This document shows, one piece after another, positions 14,090 through 24,262 of a stretch of DNA of 64,000 nt (position 1 is its first letter; the number at the start of each line of letters is the position of its first letter). The translations under genes and the position numbers were made by a program. The DNA comes from an uncultured Actinomycetota bacterium. Its GTDB lineage: Bacteria > Actinomycetota > Actinomycetes > Actinomycetales > CAWJMD01. The notes under the pieces are model-generated. The model was given only the letters and a program-made list of their open reading frames with translations. It was not told the origin of the DNA and searched no databases. The DNA is taken from assembly GCA_963843835.1 (NCBI GenBank), contig CAWJMD010000008.1, positions 1,036,706 through 1,100,705 of the forward strand, read 5' to 3'.

Positions 14090-14676
14090 GCCACGTCTCC
14101 GTTCCGTGTGGTGGGGCCGGCGGCGCGGGGGTCGCCCGGTCCGAGGCTGATCAGGACGGCGTCGTCGCCGTCGGTCTCCTCCAGCCGCACGTGGACGCGC
14201 TCCTCGCTGGCCGTCGGCAGGTTCTTGCCGACGTGGTCGGCGCGGATGGGCAGCTCGCGGTGCCCGCGGTCGACGAGCACGGCGAGGCGGACGGCCCGTG
14301 GACGGCCGAGGTCGCTGAGCGCGTCGAGGGCGGCCCGGATCGTGCGGCCGGAGTACAGGACGTCGTCGACGAGGACGACCACCTTGTCGTCGATCCCGCC
14401 CGGGGGCAGGTCGGTGGCCCCGATGGTGCGCGTGGGGTTGTTGCGCAGGTCGTCACGGTGCATGGTCACGTCGAGCGACCCTGCGGTGAGCTGCGCGCCC
14501 GGCTCCACCGTGGCGATGAGCCCGGCCAACCGACGAGCCAGCGGGACTCCGCGGGTCGGGATGCCGAGCAGGACGAGATCGTCGGCGCCCTTGTTGGCCT
14601 CGAGGATCTCGTGGGCGATCCGGGTCAGTGCCCGGCCGATCTCCGGTGCGTGCAGCACCGGGCGTGGCGACGCCAT
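14086..14676 (-). CDS. pyrR: Bifunctional pyrimidine operon regulator / uracil phosphoribosyltransferase PyrR
   Basis: 196 aa from the ATG at 14676 with AAGGAG placed 7 nt upstream: ...[15 protein letters not shown]...[19 protein letters not shown]... (PRPP motif). The upstream part of the listed ORF holds the leader hairpin. Confidence 0.92.
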   Translation of the reverse strand: MASPRPVLHAPEIGRALTRIAHEILEANKGADDLVLLGIPTRGVPLARRLAGLIATVEPGAQLTAGSLDVTMHRDDLRNNPTRTIGATDLPPGGIDDKVVVLVDDVLYSGRTIRAALDALSDLGRPRAVRLAVLVDRGHRELPIRADHVGKNLPTASEERVHVRLEETDGDDAVLISLGPGDPRAAGPTTRNGDVA

Positions 14677-14681
14677 CTGGC

Positions 14682-14721
14682 GACTCCTTCCCCGCCTCTC
14701 AGGACGGTGGTTAAAGGACTC
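14682..14721 (-). promoter_or_regulatory. PyrR-binding-loop-like RNA hairpin that sequesters the pyrR Shine-Dalgarno
   Basis: mRNA sense is GAGUCCUUUAACCACCGUCCUGAGAGGCGGGGAAGGAGUC. It contains the UUUAA segment and GUCCUGAGAGGC, close to the PyrR loop consensus UCCAGAGAGG. Upper stem CCGUC/GGCGG carries a hexaloop. Lower stem UCCUU/AAGGA pairs with the SD. Confidence 0.7.
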
Positions 14722-14891
14722 GTTCGGCGCTGAACCTACCTCATGCCGAAGGCCCAGGACGCCACGCCGGGCGCGACGCACGGATCGCCACTCACCGTGG
14801 TCCCGGACGCGCTACCGTTACTCTCCGTAGCACCGCCAGGCTGGAGCGCAGACGCGTGACGGCGGCAGAGGGTGACCAGGAAGGGCGACAC

Positions 14892-15386
14892 ATGTCGGAC
14901 TACGGCAAGGCACTGGGGGCTCGGCTGCGCGCCGTGCGGGCGCAGCAGGGACTCTCCCTGCAGGGTGTCGAGCAGCGGTCCCAGGGGCAGTGGAAGGCCG
15001 TCGTCATCGGCTCCTACGAGCGCGGCGACCGCGCGGTCACCGTGCAGCGGCTGGCCGAGCTGGCCGAGTTCTACGGGGTGCCGATCGCGGCGCTGCTGCC
15101 CGAGTCACCGGCGTCCTCGGCCGAGGCGCCCCCGCCCAAGATCGTGCTCGACCTCGAGCACCTGGCCAAGATGCCGGTCGACCGGGCCGGCCCGCTGGTG
15201 CGCTACTGCACGACGATCCAGGAGCAGCGCGGCGAGCAGGACTCGAGCTCGCTGTCGATCCGCGCCGAGGACCTGCGCACGCTCGCGGTGATCTACGACA
15301 TCCCGGCGCTGGAGCTCGCGGACGAGCTGATCCGCTGGGGCGTGCTCGACGCGGACGCGCGGCGCGCCATCACGCCCACCACCTGA
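14892..15386 (+). CDS. bldD: BldD-family HTH (XRE-type) developmental regulator
   Basis: 164 aa from the ATG at 14892: MSDYGKALGARLRAVRAQQGLSLQGVEQRS...GSYERGDRAVTVQRLAELAEFYGVP.... The C-domain is ...RYCTTIQEQRGEQDSSSLSIRAEDLRTLAVIYD...WGVLDADARRA. Divergent from pyrR, as bldD is in Streptomyces. Confidence 0.85.
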   Translation: MSDYGKALGARLRAVRAQQGLSLQGVEQRSQGQWKAVVIGSYERGDRAVTVQRLAELAEFYGVPIAALLPESPASSAEAPPPKIVLDLEHLAKMPVDRAGPLVRYCTTIQEQRGEQDSSSLSIRAEDLRTLAVIYDIPALELADELIRWGVLDADARRAITPTT

Positions 15387-15397
15387 GGCCCAACCCC

Positions 15398-15472
15398 GAG
15401 CCCGCTCGACTGGTCACGAAGGGCACGACACGCCGAGCGTGTCGCGCCATTCGTGACCAGTCGAGCGGGCTC
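15398..15472. repeat. Palindromic extragenic repeat, copy A (between convergent bldD and nusB)
   Basis: 23-nt arms GAGCCCGCTCGACTGGTCACGAA / TTCGTGACCAGTCGAGCGGGCTC flank the core GGCACGACACGCCGAGCGTGTCGCGCC. The core is shared with the copies at 40084 and 49075. Confidence 0.85.
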
Positions 15473-15485
15473 GTAGGTCTGGGGG

Positions 15486-15896
15486 TCAGGCGAGCAGCGT
15501 CGGCTTGAGCTGGACGATGCGGCCCAGCAGGCCGTTGACGAACGACGGCGACTCGTCGGTGCTCAGGGCCCGCGCCAGCTCGACCGCCTCGTCGACGGCC
15601 ACCGCGTCGGGGACCTCGTCGTTCCACAGCAGCTCGTACACGCCCAGGCGCAGCAGCTGCAGGTCGACGGCCGGCATCCGGTCGAGGGTCCAGCCGTGCG
15701 AGTAGGTGCTCAGCAGCTCGTCGATGCGCTCACGGTGGCTGGTGACGCCCTCGACGAGGGTGACCGTGTACTCGGGCACCGGCGGGTCCGCGGCGGGCAG
15801 GCGGTCGCGCAGCAGAGCGAGCGGCTCGGAGCCGCGCTGCTCGGCCTCGAACAGCAGGTCAAGGGCCCGCTTGCGAGCCTTCGTCCGAGCCCCCAC
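15486..15896 (-). CDS. nusB: Transcription antitermination factor NusB
   Basis: 136 aa from the GTG at 15896 (1-nt overlap with the efp TAG): [22 protein letters not shown]...LRLGVYELLW...PDAVAVDEAVELAR.... Confidence 0.9.
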   Translation of the reverse strand: MGARTKARKRALDLLFEAEQRGSEPLALLRDRLPAADPPVPEYTVTLVEGVTSHRERIDELLSTYSHGWTLDRMPAVDLQLLRLGVYELLWNDEVPDAVAVDEAVELARALSTDESPSFVNGLLGRIVQLKPTLLA

Positions 15897-16456
15897 TAGT
15901 TGACGCGGCCGAGGTAGTCGCCGGAGCGGGTGTCGACCTTCACGCGCGTGCCGGTCTCCAGGAAGAGCGGCACCGAGATCTGGTAGCCGGTCTCGAGCGT
16001 CGCCGGCTTCGTGCCGCCGGTGGAGCGGTCGCCCTGCAGGCCCGGCTCCGTGTAGGTGATCTCGAGGACGACGGAGGTCGGGAGCTCGACGTAGAGCGGC
16101 AGTCCCTCGTGCAGCGCGACGACGGCGTCCTGGTTCTCGAGCATGAAGTTCGCGGCGTCGCCCACCGTGTCGGCACCCACGTGGACCTGGTCGTAGGTGG
16201 AGGCGTCCATGAAGACGTAGTCCTCGCCGTCCTTGTACAGGTACTGCATGTCGCGCTTGTCGACGTTGGCGGTCTCGACCTTGGTGCCGGCGTTGAACGT
16301 CTTGTCGACGACCTTGCCGCTGAGCACCGCCTTCAGCTTGGTGCGGACGAAGGCCGGCCCCTTGCCGGGCTTGACGTGCTGGAACTCGACCACCGACCAG
16401 AGCTGGTTGTCGAGGTTGAGCACCATGCCGTTCTTGAGGTCGTTCGTGGTCGCCAC
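15896..16456 (-). CDS. efp: Elongation factor P
   Basis: 186 aa: [41 protein letters not shown].... Confidence 0.96.
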   Translation of the reverse strand: MATTNDLKNGMVLNLDNQLWSVVEFQHVKPGKGPAFVRTKLKAVLSGKVVDKTFNAGTKVETANVDKRDMQYLYKDGEDYVFMDASTYDQVHVGADTVGDAANFMLENQDAVVALHEGLPLYVELPTSVVLEITYTEPGLQGDRSTGGTKPATLETGYQISVPLFLETGTRVKVDTRSGDYLGRVN

Positions 16457-16530
16457 AGGGAGTTCGCCTTCGTCGGCCGGGCACGCTGGTGCCCGGCGAG
16501 GTGTTCGGGATCGGCAGCCATCGTAGCCGC

Positions 16531-16998
16531 TCAGTCGCCGCCCTCCGGTGCCAGGACGCTGAGGGCCAGCAGGTAGGAGTCGGAGCCGAAGCCCGCGATG
16601 GTGCCCGTGGCGACGCCGGACACGACCGACGTGTGGCGGAAGGTCTCCCGGGCGGCGGGGTTCGACAGGTGCACCTCGACCAGACGCAGCCCGGCGTCCG
16701 TCACCTGGGCGCAGGCGTCACGCAGGGCGTACGAGTAGTGCGTGAACGCGGCCGGGTTGAGGACGACCTCCGCCGACGAGTCCACGGCCTCGTGCAGCCA
16801 GCCCACCAGCTCGGCCTCGTCGTCGGTCTGGCGCACGTCGACGTCCAGCCCCAGGTCGGCGCCCGCCGCCACCAGGGCCTGGGCGAGGTCGTCGTGGGTG
16901 TCGGAGCCGTAGATCTCCGGCTCGCGGCTGCCGAGGCGCCCCAGGTTCGGGCCGTTCAGCACGAGCACGCTGGGACGGCGGGCGGGGGCGCTGGGCAT
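16531..16998 (-). CDS. aroQ: 3-dehydroquinate dehydratase, type II
   Basis: 155 aa: ...[21 protein letters not shown]...[18 protein letters not shown]...VEVHLSNP.... Confidence 0.94.
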   Translation of the reverse strand: MPSAPARRPSVLVLNGPNLGRLGSREPEIYGSDTHDDLAQALVAAGADLGLDVDVRQTDDEAELVGWLHEAVDSSAEVVLNPAAFTHYSYALRDACAQVTDAGLRLVEVHLSNPAARETFRHTSVVSGVATGTIAGFGSDSYLLALSVLAPEGGD

Positions 16999-17058
16999 GG
17001 CCGCGAGTCTAGGTGGCGACGTCCGGTGTCCGCTGTGTCCCCCGGTGCGACCTGTCGG

Positions 17059-18664
<1,606 letters not shown>

Positions 18665-18668
<4 letters not shown>

Positions 18669-19867
18669 TGGCCGCCCGATCGCATCTGCTCGGGGATCGC
18701 GGCCAGGTACGCCTCGGCGTTGCGCCGCGTCTCCGCGACCGAGTCGCCACCGAACTTCTCCAGCACGGCGTCGGCCAGCACCAGTGCGACCATCGCCTCG
18801 GCGACGACTCCCGCGGCGGGGACCGCGCACACGTCGGAGCGCTGGTTGATCGCCACGGCCTTCTCGCCCGTCGCGACGTCCACGGTGTCGAGGGCTCGCG
18901 GCACGGTGGAGATCGGCTTCATCGCCGCGCGCACGCGCAGCACCTCGCCCGTGCTCATGCCCCCCTCGGTGCCGCCGGCGCGACCGGTGCGCCGCCGGAT
19001 GACCCCGTCGGCCCCGGCCTCGATCTCGTCGTGGGCCGCCGATCCGCGACGCGCGGCGGTGAGGAACCCGTCGCCGATCTCGACCCCCTTGATCGCCTGG
19101 ACGCCCATCAGGGCGCCTGCCAGCCGGGAGTCGAGCCGCCGGTCCCAGTGGACGTGGGAACCGAGGCCGGGTGGGAGACCGTAGGCGAGGACCTCGACGA
19201 CACCACCGAGCGTGTCGCCCTCGGTGCGCGCGGCGTCGACCTCGGAGACCATCGCCGCCGAGGTGGCTCCGTCGTGGCACCGCATCGGGTCGGCGTCGAG
19301 CGCCGCGAGGTCGTCGGGGCCTGGCAGCGCCGCGTCGAGGGGCACCGCGACCGGGCCGATGGACACGGTGTGGCTCACGAGCCTCGCGCCCACGGCCTGC
19401 TCGAGGAACGCGGCGGCCACCGCGCCGAGGGCCACCCGCGCCGCCGTCTCACGGGCGCTCGCACGCTCCAGGACGGGTCGTGCGTCGTCGAACCCGTACT
19501 TCTGCATCCCCACCAGGTCGGCGTGACCCGGCCGCGGCCTGGTCAGGGCGGCGTTGCGGGCCTGCCGGCCCAGGACCTCGGGGTCGACGGGGTCGGCCGA
19601 CATCACCGTCTCCCACTTGGGCCACTCGGTGTTCCCCACCTGGATCGCGACGGGTCCCCCCTGGCTCACGCCGTGCCTGACCCCACCGAGGATGGCCACC
19701 TCGTCGGCCTCGAACTTCATCCGCGCCCCTCGGCCGTAGCCGAGGCGACGGCGCGCGAGGGAGGTCCTCAGGTCGTCGGTGGTGACCTCGACGCCGGCGG
19801 GCAGCCCGTCGAGAACCCCTGTCAGCGCAGGGCCGTGCGATTCACCTGCAGTGAGCCAGCGCAGCAT
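18665..19867 (-). CDS. aroC: Chorismate synthase
   Basis: 400 aa: [25 protein letters not shown]...[14 protein letters not shown]...RPGHADL.... Confidence 0.96.
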
Positions 19868-19908
19868 GCCGCGATCCTTTCACGGCTGGCCGCCGGGGCC
19901 GGACGCGC

Positions 19909-19943
19909 CTGCGGGGACGCCCAGGTCGTGGACGTCCCCGCAG
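19909..19943 (-). terminator. Hairpin closing the pilus locus (upstream of the aroC promoter region)
   Basis: CTGCGGGGACG-(13 nt)-CGTCCCCGCAG, an 11-bp perfect stem, 28 nt downstream of the stop at 19971. Confidence 0.5.
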
Positions 19944-19970
19944 GTGGTCGGGGTGGAAGGGTCGGTTCGG

Positions 19971-20786
19971 TCAGCCGGTGTACTGCCAGAGCAGGACGGT
20001 CTCGCCGAGCGCCACCGTGTACACGGCGTCACCCATCTGGATCGTCACGCCGTCGAGGACGCCGTCGGCGTCCGCGTCCGCGCCCTTGGCCGTGTACTCG
20101 ACCCATGAGCCGGGCGCAGTGGTACCGAGGAACTCGCCCACCGGGAGGTCGGCGACGTCGAACTGCTGCGTATCACTGCGGAGGGTGAAGTCCGCCTCGC
20201 CTGAGACGGCGTCCCCTCCGACCAGCGTGAGGGTGGCGAGCTGCGGGGTCTTGCCGTCCTTGCCGTCCCTGCCGTTGCGCCCGTCCCTGCCGTTGGTGCC
20301 GTCGACACCATCCTTGCCGTCGGTGCCCGGGAGGACGGCGAGTGACCCGCCACCAGCTCCGCCGGTGTAGGCGGAGGAACCGGTGCTGACGGGGGCGGAC
20401 GTGGCTGCGGGCGTCGATGCCGGTGCGGCACCCTCCCCGCCCTCGACCACCAGCGCCGCGAAGGGGTTGCGGCCGTTGAACTCGGTGAGAGTCGGCAGCG
20501 GCGTGGGCGCCTGGGTCGGCGTCGCAACCGGCGAGTCGGACGGGGCGGAACTGGGCGGCGGGGCCGCGACGACATCGTCGACGCTGCTGCCCGACTGGCT
20601 GAAGAAGTACAGGCCGGTACCCACGGCCGCGAGGGCCGCGACCCCGACGAGGCCGATCAGCACGGGTGTCTTCACGGACGAGGTCGCGGGAGCCCCCGGT
20701 CCCGGCGATGAGGGTCCTGCGGCGGAAGAGGACTCCGACGAGGGCGAGGCGAACGGGTTCGGCGTTCCGAACGGGCTGGTGGTCAT
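19971..20786 (-). CDS. PilP-like pilus alignment protein with Pro-rich linker and collagen-type GXY stalk
   Basis: 271 aa with AGGAGA 9 nt upstream of the ATG. Single TM helix PVLIGLVGVAALAAVGTGLYFF, a TEFNGRNPF motif, nine Gly-X-Y triplets and a beta-rich C-domain. Directly follows pilO. Confidence 0.6.
   Translation of the reverse strand: MTTSPFGTPNPFASPSSESSSAAGPSSPGPGAPATSSVKTPVLIGLVGVAALAAVGTGLYFFSQSGSSVDDVVAAPPPSSAPSDSPVATPTQAPTPLPTLTEFNGRNPFAALVVEGGEGAAPASTPAATSAPVSTGSSAYTGGAGGGSLAVLPGTDGKDGVDGTNGRDGRNGRDGKDGKTPQLATLTLVGGDAVSGEADFTLRSDTQQFDVADLPVGEFLGTTAPGSWVEYTAKGADADADGVLDGVTIQMGDAVYTVALGETVLLWQYTG
20247..20327 (-). repeat. Coding 9-bp-periodic repeat that encodes nine collagen-like Gly-X-Y triplets
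   Basis: Protein residues 154-180 are GTD GKD GVD GTN GRD GRN GRD GKD GKT. The plus strand reads cttgccgtc cttgccgtc cctgccgtt gcgcccgtc cctgccgtt ggtgccgtc.... Confidence 0.85.
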
Positions 20787-20811
20787 GGCGTCACGTCTCC
20801 TGGTCGCCGTG

Positions 20812-21555
20812 TCAGTTGGTCGTGGTGTCGACGACGCCGGGTCCGGCGTTGGGCACGGTCACGCCGGGTGCCGCGGACGAAGGGTCCGACACCGGCTTGA
20901 GCACGAAGACGCTTCCGGTGATCGTCATGGTGACGTCGCCGTTCGCGACCGCCGGCTTTCCGCCCTGGGCAGCCTTGGCCTGCTCCTCGGCCACCACGTT
21001 CAGCCCCTGCACGAGGTAGTCCCGCGACAGGGCGGTCTGGACGGCCTTGAGGAAGAGCTTGGCGTTGTAGAAGTTCCCGACCACGACGACGTCCACGGGA
21101 ACCGCCGCGAGCGTGTCCCCACTCGGAGCCGCCACCGGGGCAGCTGCCTCACCCTCGGCGGGGACGGCGGCGGGATCGGGCTGCGGCGCAGGGGCGCCCT
21201 CACCGGCCAGTGCGATGGCCACCGATGGCGTCACCGACATCAGCGTCACACCGTTGGCGGCAGCCTGGGCGTCCAGCTCGCGCACCAGCGTGGGGATCTC
21301 GGGCGACTCCGGCATCGCCTTCTTCACGGCGGCGAGCTCGGCTTGGCGCTGGGGGAGCTCCGCGAACTGCGACTTGAGCTCCTCGATCTCCAGCGTCAGT
21401 GCGGCGTTGGAGGCCTCGGTCGCCGTCGTCTGGTCACGGAGCTCCGCGGCCTCGGCGCGCTTGGGGCCGATCAGCAGCAGCCATGAGGCCACGACGGCCA
21501 GCACGCAGACCGCCGCGGTCGCGGCGACCCACAGCGTGGTCTTCGACAGGGACAT
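20812..21555 (-). CDS. pilO: Type IV pilus assembly protein PilO
   Basis: 247 aa. N-terminal TM helix (LWVAATAAVCVLAVVASWLLL), a coiled-coil (AELRDQTTATEASNAALTLEIEELKSQFAELPQRQAELA), then a ferredoxin-like C-domain. Sits after pilN. Confidence 0.8.
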   Translation of the reverse strand: MSLSKTTLWVAATAAVCVLAVVASWLLLIGPKRAEAAELRDQTTATEASNAALTLEIEELKSQFAELPQRQAELAAVKKAMPESPEIPTLVRELDAQAAANGVTLMSVTPSVAIALAGEGAPAPQPDPAAVPAEGEAAAPVAAPSGDTLAAVPVDVVVVGNFYNAKLFLKAVQTALSRDYLVQGLNVVAEEQAKAAQGGKPAVANGDVTMTITGSVFVLKPVSDPSSAAPGVTVPNAGPGVVDTTTN

Positions 21556-21556
21556 C

Positions 21557-22264
21557 TCAGCCGGCCTCTCGTTCGTAGCGGTTCGACAGGGCGTCGGACG
21601 TCACGACCGCCTGGGTGGTGAAGTCGACGATGACGGTGCCGTCGATCTGGTTTCGCTCCGACTGGCTCAACGACGGGTCGGCGAACCCCTCGGTCCCGGC
21701 GAGGACGTCGAGCCACGCGGACACATCGGAGTGCACCTTGCCGGTGCCGAGGACCGTGATGGTGCCGATACCGGACCGGGTCAGAGGGTCGGCCGGCAGT
21801 CCGGAGGCCGCAGCCGCGCCCGCGGGAGCCCCCACGGTGGCCGTGAGGTCGGTGATCCAGACGTCCTTCGGGTAGGTCAGGGCGAGGTCGTCCAGGTAGG
21901 GGCTCCAGAGGACGTCGGACGCCATGGCGGTCGAGCGGGCGTTCTGGGCCGACTCGACCTGCGCCAGGGTGCGCGGAACCTCGGCGTACTTGCTCGCCTC
22001 GGCATTGAGCGTCACGGTGCGCTTCTGCTCGGTCGCGAGGCCGTCGGCCGCCGAGTCGGCGCCCGCAGAAGCGAGCAGGTAGCCCGCCCCGACCGCGCCA
22101 AGCACTCCGACGACGACGAGCCCGAGGATGGCCTGGGTGCGACGGAGCTGACGCTCCTGCGCGATCTCCGGGGGAAGCAGGTTGACCCGCGGGACGGTGT
22201 ACCCCACGCCGAAGGCGCTACCGAGCTCGACTTCCTCGGTGGCCTTCTCGAAGTTGACGGTCAT
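21557..22264 (-). CDS. pilN: Type IV pilus assembly protein PilN
   Basis: 235 aa with an N-terminal VNLLPPEI motif (PilM-binding INLLP signature), followed by a TM helix (AILGLVVVGVLGAVGAGYLL). ATGA overlap with pilM. Confidence 0.85.
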   Translation of the reverse strand: MTVNFEKATEEVELGSAFGVGYTVPRVNLLPPEIAQERQLRRTQAILGLVVVGVLGAVGAGYLLASAGADSAADGLATEQKRTVTLNAEASKYAEVPRTLAQVESAQNARSTAMASDVLWSPYLDDLALTYPKDVWITDLTATVGAPAGAAAASGLPADPLTRSGIGTITVLGTGKVHSDVSAWLDVLAGTEGFADPSLSQSERNQIDGTVIVDFTTQAVVTSDALSNRYEREAG

Positions 22265-23310
22265 GACTGGGCTCCGAGTGCGAGACCCACCGGCACGGCG
22301 GCCAGGGGCTGGACGAGGGACAGCTGCTGCTCGCTGAGACCGGTCCGCCCGATGCTCATCGTCGACATCGGGTCACCGGCGATGACGTCGAGGCGGGTCG
22401 CCCCGCTGAGCCGCTCGGCCAGGCCCCGCAGGGTCGAGCCGCCGCCGGAGAGCACGAGCCGGCCGATGGGCCAGTCGGGGTTCGAGGCGGCGTAGTAGTC
22501 GAGGGAGCCCCGCACCTCGTCCACGAACGACTGCGCGGTGCCCTCCACGGCGCGTGCGGCGGTGGCGAGCTCGTCACCCGCACCGAGGAGCCCGAGCTGC
22601 TGCTTCAGCCCCTCGGCCTCACCCATCGGCACGCCCAGCCGCTCGGCGACCGAGTCGGTGATGTCCTGTCCACCCATCAGCAGGATGCGGACGAAGCGCG
22701 GCACCCCGGCCGAGTGGACGACGATGTTCGTGACGCGCGAGCCGATGTCGACGAGGGCCTCGGTCTCGACGTCGGCCGACACACGCGTGCCGATCGAGCG
22801 GAGGACCGCGAAGGAGGTCAGGTCGACCATCGTGGTCTGCAGTCCGGCCATCTGGACACAGCGCACGTTGGCCATCACGGTCTCGCGAGCCGCAGCGACC
22901 AGCAGGCCCCGCGTCTGCGCGACACCGTTGACCTGAACGGTCTCCAGCGGGTGGAAGTCGAGGACGGCCTGGTCGACCGGCATCGGCAGGTAGTCCTGCA
23001 CCTGGAAGGGCAGTGCCTTCTTCAGGTCCGCAGGCGGCATCGGGGGCAGGTCCACCTGCCGCACGACGACGCGCTGGTTCGCGACCCCGAGCACGACCTT
23101 CTTGTGGCTGAACTTGGTCGCTGACCACAGCTGCCTGATGGCAGCGGCCACGGTCGGCTGGTCAAGGACCTCGCCGTCGCGTACCGCACCCTCGGGAACG
23201 GCCACCTGACCGAACTTCTCGAGCGTCACTCCGCTCCTGCCGAACGACAGCTCGGCAGCTCGTACGCCTGAGGTCCCGATGTCGAGACCGATGGCGGTTC
23301 GTCCAGCCAC
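22261..23310 (-). CDS. pilM: Type IV pilus assembly ATPase-like protein PilM (actin fold)
   Basis: 349 aa from the GTG at 23310 (GGAAGGGGA upstream): AIGLDIGTSGVRAAEL...ALVDIGSRVTNIVV...LVLSGGGSTLRGLAERL.... Confidence 0.88.
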   Translation of the reverse strand: MAGRTAIGLDIGTSGVRAAELSFGRSGVTLEKFGQVAVPEGAVRDGEVLDQPTVAAAIRQLWSATKFSHKKVVLGVANQRVVVRQVDLPPMPPADLKKALPFQVQDYLPMPVDQAVLDFHPLETVQVNGVAQTRGLLVAAARETVMANVRCVQMAGLQTTMVDLTSFAVLRSIGTRVSADVETEALVDIGSRVTNIVVHSAGVPRFVRILLMGGQDITDSVAERLGVPMGEAEGLKQQLGLLGAGDELATAARAVEGTAQSFVDEVRGSLDYYAASNPDWPIGRLVLSGGGSTLRGLAERLSGATRLDVIAGDPMSTMSIGRTGLSEQQLSLVQPLAAVPVGLALGAQS

Positions 23311-23450
23311 GTCACGTCCCCTTCCGTCGCAGCCCACTTGGGCCGTCAGCCAGTCATCGGGGTGAATCTGCGCCGCCTTGAGCGGCACGGACGGACCAGT
23401 TGGGCCGGTCGAGTGAATCGCCCGTTCGGACTAGCGTCCGCTGGCGGACG

Positions 23451-24242
23451 TCACTGCCAGGACAGGCCGACGAGACCCAGGTACCAGTCGACGAGGTCGT
23501 CCCCGACGACGATCGCCGACGCGGCGCCGGCGAGCATGAAGGGACCGAAGGGGATCAACGACTTGCGGCCGGCCCGACGGACCACCATCAGCCCCGCGCC
23601 GACCAGCCCGCCGAGAAGGAACGCCAGGAAGGCGCCCAGCGGCACGAGCACCCAGCCGAGGAACCCCAGGTACATGCCGAGGACGCCGGCGAGCTTGACG
23701 TCCCCGAAGCCCATGCCCTTCGGGTAGATGAACATCACCACGAAGTAGAAGGCGTAGAGCGCCAGCCCGGCCAACAGCGTGCGCAGGAGCACAGCGGGCT
23801 CACCCTCCAGCAGCGCAGCCCCTCCGAGGAGGAGCGCCGCAACGGGGTAGCTCGGCAGCACGATCGCGTTCGGCAGCCGGTGCACGTCGAGGTCGATGAG
23901 GGCGAGAGCAACGCCCACGGCCGCCAGGTAGAGGAAGGCCGGGAGGTGCCAGACGGCGCCGAAGTACCACGCGGTGAGCCCGAAGAGGATCGCGGTGCCC
24001 AGCTCCACCGCCGGGTACCGAGGGCTGATCGGCTCGCCGCAGTCGCGGCAGCGACCGCGCAGGACGAGCCAGCTCAGCACCGGGACGTTGTCGACGGACC
24101 GGATCCCGACGCCGCACCGCGGGCATGCGCTCGGCGGGCTGACCACCGACTCGCCCCGCGGCACGCGCCAGACCACCACGTTGAGGAAGGACCCGATCGC
24201 CAGCCCGAGAAGGGTCGCGAAGCCGACGAGGAGTGGGGTCAC
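23451..24242 (-). CDS. pilD: Prepilin peptidase PilD (peptidase A24, with N-terminal Zn-finger/methyltransferase-type domain)
   Basis: 263 aa: ...GLAIGSFLNVVVWRVP...CPRCG...CRDCGEPI.... Two catalytic-Asp regions (...LALIDLDVHRLP... and ...GMGFGDVKLAGVLG...). Confidence 0.9.
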   Translation of the reverse strand: MTPLLVGFATLLGLAIGSFLNVVVWRVPRGESVVSPPSACPRCGVGIRSVDNVPVLSWLVLRGRCRDCGEPISPRYPAVELGTAILFGLTAWYFGAVWHLPAFLYLAAVGVALALIDLDVHRLPNAIVLPSYPVAALLLGGAALLEGEPAVLLRTLLAGLALYAFYFVVMFIYPKGMGFGDVKLAGVLGMYLGFLGWVLVPLGAFLAFLLGGLVGAGLMVVRRAGRKSLIPFGPFMLAGAASAIVVGDDLVDWYLGLVGLSWQ

Positions 24243-24262
24243 GAGCGGTCAGGCTAGTCGAC

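Noticed and set aside
14818-14830. Possible BldD box (TTAC-TCTCC-GTAG) in the pyrR-bldD intergenic region
   Set aside because: It is only a 7/8 match to TNAC-N5-GTNA, with the last base wrong, in a short degenerate motif. That is too weak to call without a genome-wide scan or binding data.
20247-20327. The 9-bp periodic DNA repeat as a non-coding VNTR or CRISPR-like array
   Set aside because: It lies in frame inside a high-GC3 ORF and encodes Gly-X-Y triplets. It has no spacer structure.
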